Positions 27,706-32,208 of a stretch of DNA of 32,208 nucleotides are shown here, in pieces. Position numbers and translations under genes: made by a program. Numbering within the stretch: the first letter of the stretch is position 1; each line of letters starts with the position of its first letter. This DNA comes from a virus (Duplodnaviria > Caudoviricetes). The DNA lies in the IMG/VR virus record IMGVR_UViG_3300043103_000165, positions 1 through 32,208 of that record; one strand, written 5' to 3'. The notes below the pieces were generated by a model. It was not told where the DNA came from and did not search any database. It saw only the letters and a program-made list of their open reading frames with translations.

Positions 27706-27901
27706 AAGCGCGTTAAACTTTGGACAAATCGTATATGTTAAAACAGATACAGCACAAGATCCAAGACAAGTAATAGGAATACAAGGAACAGCAGACGGAG
27801 GTCTACTAATTAAACTTGCTGTAGATGGAGAAGTAACCTGGCACTACGAGTGCGAAATCACCACAGACAAAAACATCCTATTCTCTATGGATAACGACTA
27901 A
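27689..27901 (+). CDS. Small beta-rich (SH3-like) hypothetical protein
   Basis: 70 aa with FGQIVYVKTD..Q.PRQVIGI and WHYECEI. It overlaps the thioesterase stop. Confidence 0.7.
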   Translation: MAIIIKSALNFGQIVYVKTDTAQDPRQVIGIQGTADGGLLIKLAVDGEVTWHYECEITTDKNILFSMDND

Positions 27902-27921
27902 TAGAGAAAACACTAGATGAC

Positions 27922-27954
27922 AAAAACCCTCGGTAGAAATGCTGGGGGTTTTTT
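27922..27954 (+). terminator. Rho-independent terminator (possibly bidirectional)
   Basis: AAAAACCCTCGGTA-GAAA-TGCTGGGGGTTTTTT directly after the operon. Confidence 0.8.
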
Positions 27955-28048
27955 AGTAATTGCTGCTGTGTGTTTTTTAGTATTTGATGAAAAAATTTTA
28001 TATAGAAATTTACATATGGTTGGTGAAATATATTGAGGATGCGAATGT

Positions 28049-28104
28049 GGGTACCCCCTAGCAGATCATCCCCACCCCCAACATTTCAACCTGCCCCACC
28101 CCCC
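28049..28104. repeat. C-tract element: palindrome GGGTACCC plus two CCCCACCCCC direct repeats
   Basis: Seen directly: CCCCACCCCC at about 28070-28079 and about 28094-28103, in an otherwise AT-rich genome. Confidence 0.7.
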
Positions 28105-28144
28105 TGAATTTAGTATATCATTAACTTTCTTAAATTTTTAACAA

Positions 28145-29155
28145 ATGAAAAACAAAATGCAAAAATTGTATCTTGCACCACAACTGAGTGCGGATACACA
28201 GGAACCTGTATTCTTTAACGTTTACGAAAACGAAACTGTTGTCGACAAGGCGACAGGCGAAGAAATCACACGTGGCACAGCACGTGTAATACTCGCTTAC
28301 AAAACTCGTAAAGTAAACGTGTTTACTAAAAGTTCTACGAGTAAAACTGTACGTGCTACTCACAACTTTCCACTCGACAACGTTGAAGACGTTAGCGAGA
28401 TAATTGATTTCTTGCAAGACGCTTTCGACCCTGACGGTGTCTTGCCTAAAAACTTCTTTACTAACCAAGACGTTGTTTCCAATTTCATTGAAACCAACGA
28501 AAAATTGTTTATAAAGGTTCCTGCGAAAATCGTTACGCAGGAATTTGCTTTTAAACTCTTGCGTTATAAAGCAGGCAATACAGCAGAGTGCTTAAAGTCT
28601 TACGTTGCCGCGTTGTCTACAAACAAGACTCATACCTATACTGATAGTAAAGGTGTTGAGCGTACTGTTGACACACCTGCGTTTGCAAGCAAAATCACTA
28701 ACGTGATTAAGCGTGCTGTACGTAAAGTAAATCCTAAACTTCTTGTTGAGTGTGCTGACACTACAGGTAAGTTTAGTTTTACTTTGTTAGGCGCACGTGA
28801 CCTTAAAGAATTAAGCGCGATTATGAAACACGCTGACGAAATTCTTTTTGGTACTGCTAAAAACCTTGACGGTATTCTTAAAAGACCGCGTAAAGGTGCG
28901 CCTGCGTTGCAGACAACAGACGGTAAATATATACTGTCTGATAACTTCTTCGTGGACGATGAAAGTTTCTTTGATAGTGCTCCTGAAATCAAAGTAGAGC
29001 ACGATAGCGAAAATGCTTCTTTCGTTAAGTATCAAAATGAAACACGTGCCGCAAGAGTTCTTGCTTCTATTGTCGAAAATGAAAGCGAAGATGAAGAAGA
29101 TGATGATGAAGAAACTGTAGGTGCCGAAGCATCGTTTGAAGAGGGCGAAGAATAG
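28145..29155 (+). CDS. Hypothetical protein with a very acidic C-terminal tail and atypical composition
   Basis: 336-aa ORF with its own terminator, ending ENESEDEEDDDEETVGAEASFEEGEE. Confidence 0.8.
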   Translation: MKNKMQKLYLAPQLSADTQEPVFFNVYENETVVDKATGEEITRGTARVILAYKTRKVNVFTKSSTSKTVRATHNFPLDNVEDVSEIIDFLQDAFDPDGVLPKNFFTNQDVVSNFIETNEKLFIKVPAKIVTQEFAFKLLRYKAGNTAECLKSYVAALSTNKTHTYTDSKGVERTVDTPAFASKITNVIKRAVRKVNPKLLVECADTTGKFSFTLLGARDLKELSAIMKHADEILFGTAKNLDGILKRPRKGAPALQTTDGKYILSDNFFVDDESFFDSAPEIKVEHDSENASFVKYQNETRAARVLASIVENESEDEEDDDEETVGAEASFEEGEE

Positions 29156-29162
29156 TAGTTTG

Positions 29163-29212
29163 AAAATCACCCGTGGTATTCCGTTGTGAGTATCACGGGT
29201 AGATTTTTGTTT
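29163..29212 (+). terminator. Rho-independent terminator
   Basis: ACCCGTGGTATTC-CGTTGT-GAGTATCACGGGT followed by AGATTTTTGTTT. Confidence 0.75.
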
Positions 29213-29458
29213 CGTTTATCCTCTACTAATTGAAGATGAATGCAACAATCGCTATTAGATCGAAAGGTTTTTTGCTGAATCATCAGCTTTATGACCATTA
29301 TAATACGAATACTGCAATAATAATTGTCTCCACTCGGTAGTCAATTGCGAATAATGCAATAAATTAACAGAGAAGATATTCATTAGTCAACTATACAATA
29401 CAACTAAAAAAGATAGTTAACTACTTGAGTGTGAGATAATTAATAAAACTATTATTTG

Positions 29459-29531
29459 TTTGAGTGAATAGTGGATGAGAGTGTGTTAAAGTATGACAAA
29501 CACACTCTCCTACTATTATAACTCGCTCAAA
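29459..29531. repeat. Extended inverted repeat in a long intergenic region
   Basis: A perfect 11-bp arm, GAGAGTGTGTT 29477-29487 / AACACACTCTC 29499-29509, with imperfect outer arms. Confidence 0.65.
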
Positions 29532-29718
29532 ATCAGTAAAAAAGCATAAGAATTGCGACACTATATCGCTACTAAAAACAATTACGAAGAACACAATACT
29601 ATTAAGAAGAATGTAGTTCTATACTCTTATCTATTGCTTATAGTGTTATTTCTTTTAGGATAATCATATCCACACCCCGCGAAATCAAATCAAATACTAA
29701 TACTAATTAATTAAAATT

Positions 29719-30072
29719 ATGAATATCAAAGTCCCTTATGGTTACAAGTCTATGAGAGTATCGAGTTTAAACATCTATACTATCAAATTACGTTTAAAGA
29801 TTTCAGAGTCTGATCTAGTATATAAATTCAAGAATGATATATCTAGACTTATCAATTTTAGTGAACGTGTTAAAGCTGCAGGTACATATACTACTATTAC
29901 CTTTGCTACTATTAGTGATACAGAGTATAATACTGTATATACTGAAGTTAATCGTGTTGTTGCTGAGATTAAACACGAGCGCGTTGATCGTCAACATGGT
30001 ATACATACTGAAGATGAACCACGCGAAATTCACTTGTTAGATGATATAGATTCATATCTAGCTGCTATATAA
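29719..30072 (+). CDS. Hypothetical protein
   Basis: 117-aa ORF with an AT-rich leader, starting a tightly packed run of small genes. Confidence 0.65.
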   Translation: MNIKVPYGYKSMRVSSLNIYTIKLRLKISESDLVYKFKNDISRLINFSERVKAAGTYTTITFATISDTEYNTVYTEVNRVVAEIKHERVDRQHGIHTEDEPREIHLLDDIDSYLAAI

Positions 30073-30073
30073 T

Positions 30074-30259
30074 ATGAAACAAGAAGCCTTTTTAATTGTG
30101 GGGATAACAACTATCCTCACAATGGCTTTCTTTTTAGGAGGCAGAGACAAATCATGTGCTAAAAAATTATTCACTAACACAGAGAAAGAATACAAATTTA
30201 TTTCAACTGAATTAAAAGACACAATAACAACATATAACCAAATACATATATTACGATGA
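30074..30259 (+). CDS. Small protein with an N-terminal hydrophobic helix
   Basis: 61 aa with AFLIVGITTILTMAFFLGG. Confidence 0.55.
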   Translation: MKQEAFLIVGITTILTMAFFLGGRDKSCAKKLFTNTEKEYKFISTELKDTITTYNQIHILR

Positions 30260-30366
30260 AAAAGTTTATCAGTCAAACAGCAGCAGATAATAATGGTGAT
30301 TACACTATTACATACATTGATCATAACGATGTTCTTATTACAAAGAATATGAATCTATTTAACTAA
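30256..30366 (+). CDS. 36-aa hypothetical microprotein
   Basis: ATGA overlap with the upstream stop; MKKFISQTAADNNGDYTITYIDHNDVLITKNMNLFN*. Confidence 0.45.
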   Translation: MKKFISQTAADNNGDYTITYIDHNDVLITKNMNLFN

Positions 30367-30385
30367 CTGACTAAATAAAAAAATT

Positions 30386-30601
30386 ATGCAAATCTTAGAT
30401 GATCTTTCAATTACTACAACAGATTGTAGATATGCTCTAGCAATGTGCTCTGGAGAAAATAGTTTTAATCCTTCGGATGTAAATAAAGAGAATTGGGTAC
30501 AAATTAGAAATAAATTTTTAGCTGATGTATCATATAATGGTGCAAGAAGTCATACTGCTATTATTAATGTATTACTTTGGTTTAACCAATTTAATGATTA
30601 A
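30386..30601 (+). CDS. Hypothetical protein
   Basis: 71-aa ORF with an A-rich leader. Confidence 0.6.
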   Translation: MQILDDLSITTTDCRYALAMCSGENSFNPSDVNKENWVQIRNKFLADVSYNGARSHTAIINVLLWFNQFND

Positions 30602-30667
30602 CAATACTTTAGTCAGTCAACTACAGGTAATGCTGGGTTGACTGATTATATAATACTGACTAAATGT

Positions 30668-30841
30668 ATGAAGAACGCTGAACAGAAATATGCTACAAGA
30701 GTATTCTATTCTCTTAAGCATGCAGAACATTTTAAAGCAAAACTTGGTGATAGATGTTTACAGACTATTAAACAAGATAAGCTTGGTAGATATAAAGTTA
30801 GATGGCTTATTGATAAGTCAACCGTCAAATTTAATAAATAG
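30668..30841 (+). CDS. Small basic hypothetical protein
   Basis: I prefer ATG 30668 over the TTG at 30638, which lies inside the hairpin 30610-30648. Confidence 0.5.
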   Translation: MKNAEQKYATRVFYSLKHAEHFKAKLGDRCLQTIKQDKLGRYKVRWLIDKSTVKFNK

Positions 30842-30849
30842 TAAATAAA

Positions 30850-31125
30850 ATGAAACATCAAGAAATTATTAAAGAAATTAAAGATTTAGCATATTATAAA
30901 ACTAATGCTGAAGAAGATTATTTAAAAGTTCCAATTAGTGTATTAAGGTATATTTCTGAGTTAGAACAAGATAAGAAAATGTATAGTGAGGAAGAAGTAG
31001 TTCAACTATTACAAAAAGCACTTACACATCAAGATGATGGAGAAATAGGTAGTTTAGTTACAGCACAAAAAGAAATAAGAACAGCTAACTTTTATAGTTG
31101 GTTTAACAAATTTAAAAACAAATAA
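30850..31125 (+). CDS. Hypothetical protein
   Basis: 91 aa with a MYSEEEV...WFNKFKNK pattern of a kind common in small phage proteins. Confidence 0.65.
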   Translation: MKHQEIIKEIKDLAYYKTNAEEDYLKVPISVLRYISELEQDKKMYSEEEVVQLLQKALTHQDDGEIGSLVTAQKEIRTANFYSWFNKFKNK

Positions 31126-31126
31126 G

Positions 31127-31513
31127 ATGAAAAGAGAATTTATTCCTTACGAGCAAGCATTAGCTTTAAAAGAATTAGGTTTTGATGAACCTTGTTTTGG
31201 TTATTATAATAACTTGGGAAGACAACAATTTATATTGTCTTTAAGAAACTTGAAAGAAGATAATAATGATTCAATAAATTACTTTTCAGCACCACTATAC
31301 CAACAAGCATTTAGATGGTTTAGAGAGAAGTACCATATAGTAGGTGAAGTAAAATTCAAAGGAGGCAAAACCACTAAAACTGCTTGGTATGATTACATAA
31401 TATATTCAGAAATTGATTGGGAAAATAAAAATCCAAATGAACAATGGAAGAAATATGAAGAAGCAGAACTTGAATGTCTTAAAAAATTAATTGAGATAAT
31501 AAAAACTAAATAA
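31127..31513 (+). CDS. Conserved-type phage hypothetical protein
   Basis: 128 aa with FIPYEQALALKELGFDEPC, APLYQQAFRWFREK and YEEAELECLKKLIEI. Confidence 0.75.
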   Translation: MKREFIPYEQALALKELGFDEPCFGYYNNLGRQQFILSLRNLKEDNNDSINYFSAPLYQQAFRWFREKYHIVGEVKFKGGKTTKTAWYDYIIYSEIDWENKNPNEQWKKYEEAELECLKKLIEIIKTK

Positions 31514-31844
31514 GATGAATACACTAATCGCTTTATTAGGTACAAGAACATATGGATATGGAGTCTATAAGTTCTTACGAAGAATGCAGGATAAGTTTAA
31601 CTAGCATTCAAAAATATAATGAAATAACTAAACACATAGAAAGACAAACAAGTAATAGAGATATCAAAGCTGTATCAATGCACAAGGGACGATAACAGTG
31701 AGTAATTTCCCTTCGTATTACAACACTATCAAGAAGTGTTATGTTTGTTGAGTATGGTAAGTGGTAATGGCAAAGAATAGGGATTGCAACCTTAAACCCA
31801 AAAAACCCCAATCTTGATGGATGTGTTTAGTTTTTATTATCAGT

Positions 31845-32175
31845 ACTCCCTAAGTCAAAGTGTTGTACAGCACTGGAAGTCTAAGACAAGCCAAGACTGT
31901 CTGTAAGGGGAAATCAGTAGGTAATCTGATTAAAAGGTTAAACATTGAAACCTTTTGTAAATTATGCTGAATTAAGCTCCATAGTAGTTTACATAAAGAT
32001 GCATGCAGTAATGTATGAACGTGAGTTGCCTTGAGAAAGCAATAAATATTAAGAGTATTAAACTGATATACTACTCACGTAATGAGTTCTCAGCAAGTAG
32101 TTAATGATGTAATACTGAAGCGAACATTAGAAACTTCGATAGTGAAGTTAACTACGTGACCCTACTCTTATATGG
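31845..32175 (+). ncRNA. Candidate structured non-coding RNA region (strand assumed from neighbours)
   Basis: No credible ORF. There are about ten local or long-range helices, several with GTAA-containing loops. Confidence 0.45.
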
Positions 32176-32208
32176 GCGTAAATATAAAGAAACAGTCATA
32201 TAAGAAAG

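Larger units (their letters stand above)
1..32208. mobile_element. Bacteriophage genome segment, crAss-like (Crassvirales-type), probable Bacteroidota host
   Basis: The order TerL-portal-acidic scaffold-MCP-structural genes, preceded by HU/IHF-like and PD-(D/E)xK genes, matches the crAss-like capsid module. Coding is dense, in two same-strand blocks. No host housekeeping operons or integrase are seen. Confidence 0.85.

Noticed and set aside
28130-29170. Three minus-strand ORFs of 112-119 aa
   Set aside because: They are antisense to the 336-aa gene, which has the matching leader and terminator.
31608-31811. 67-aa minus-strand ORF
   Set aside because: It opposes the local gene direction, has a non-ATG start and no recognisable motif. 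The region is more likely non-coding.
1-32208. Stop-codon reassignment (TAG or TGA recoding as in some crAss-like phages)
   Set aside because: TerL, portal and MCP are full length under the standard code, coding is dense, and TAG ends several genes at sensible positions.
29213-32208. CRISPR array or mini-array in the non-coding stretches
   Set aside because: I found no regularly spaced direct repeats of 25-45 nt.

Overview
This AT-rich window is part of a tailed dsDNA phage genome with crAss-like (Crassvirales-type) gene content. The host is probably in Bacteroidota, given TAnnTTTG promoter elements, a Bacteroidota-style tmRNA 5' end and DUF4874/DUF4832-like cargo. Positions 1-26307 are one minus-strand block. 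In transcription order it holds small genes, a GroES-like gene, phoH, a tRNA-like element, a tmRNA, HTH and HU/IHF-like genes, a PD-(D/E)xK nuclease, the large terminase, portal, an acidic scaffold-like protein, the major capsid protein, neck/auxiliary structural genes, a ferritin/Dps-like gene, a family of Cys-rich modular proteins and a truncated metallophosphoesterase. From 26405 genes run on the plus strand. First comes a 5-gene operon starting with two tandem candidate immune-signal sponges (Acb2-like and Tad1-like), then a C-tract/G4-like element, a compositionally distinct gene lacking several restriction palindromes, small hypothetical genes and a hairpin-rich non-coding tail. The most notable observations are the tandem sponge operon, the compact tmRNA with a 37-codon tag frame and two in-frame resume-like sites, the Cys-rich modular protein family, the site-depleted gene and several structured non-coding segments. 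All family calls come from motif recognition by eye; no database search was run.
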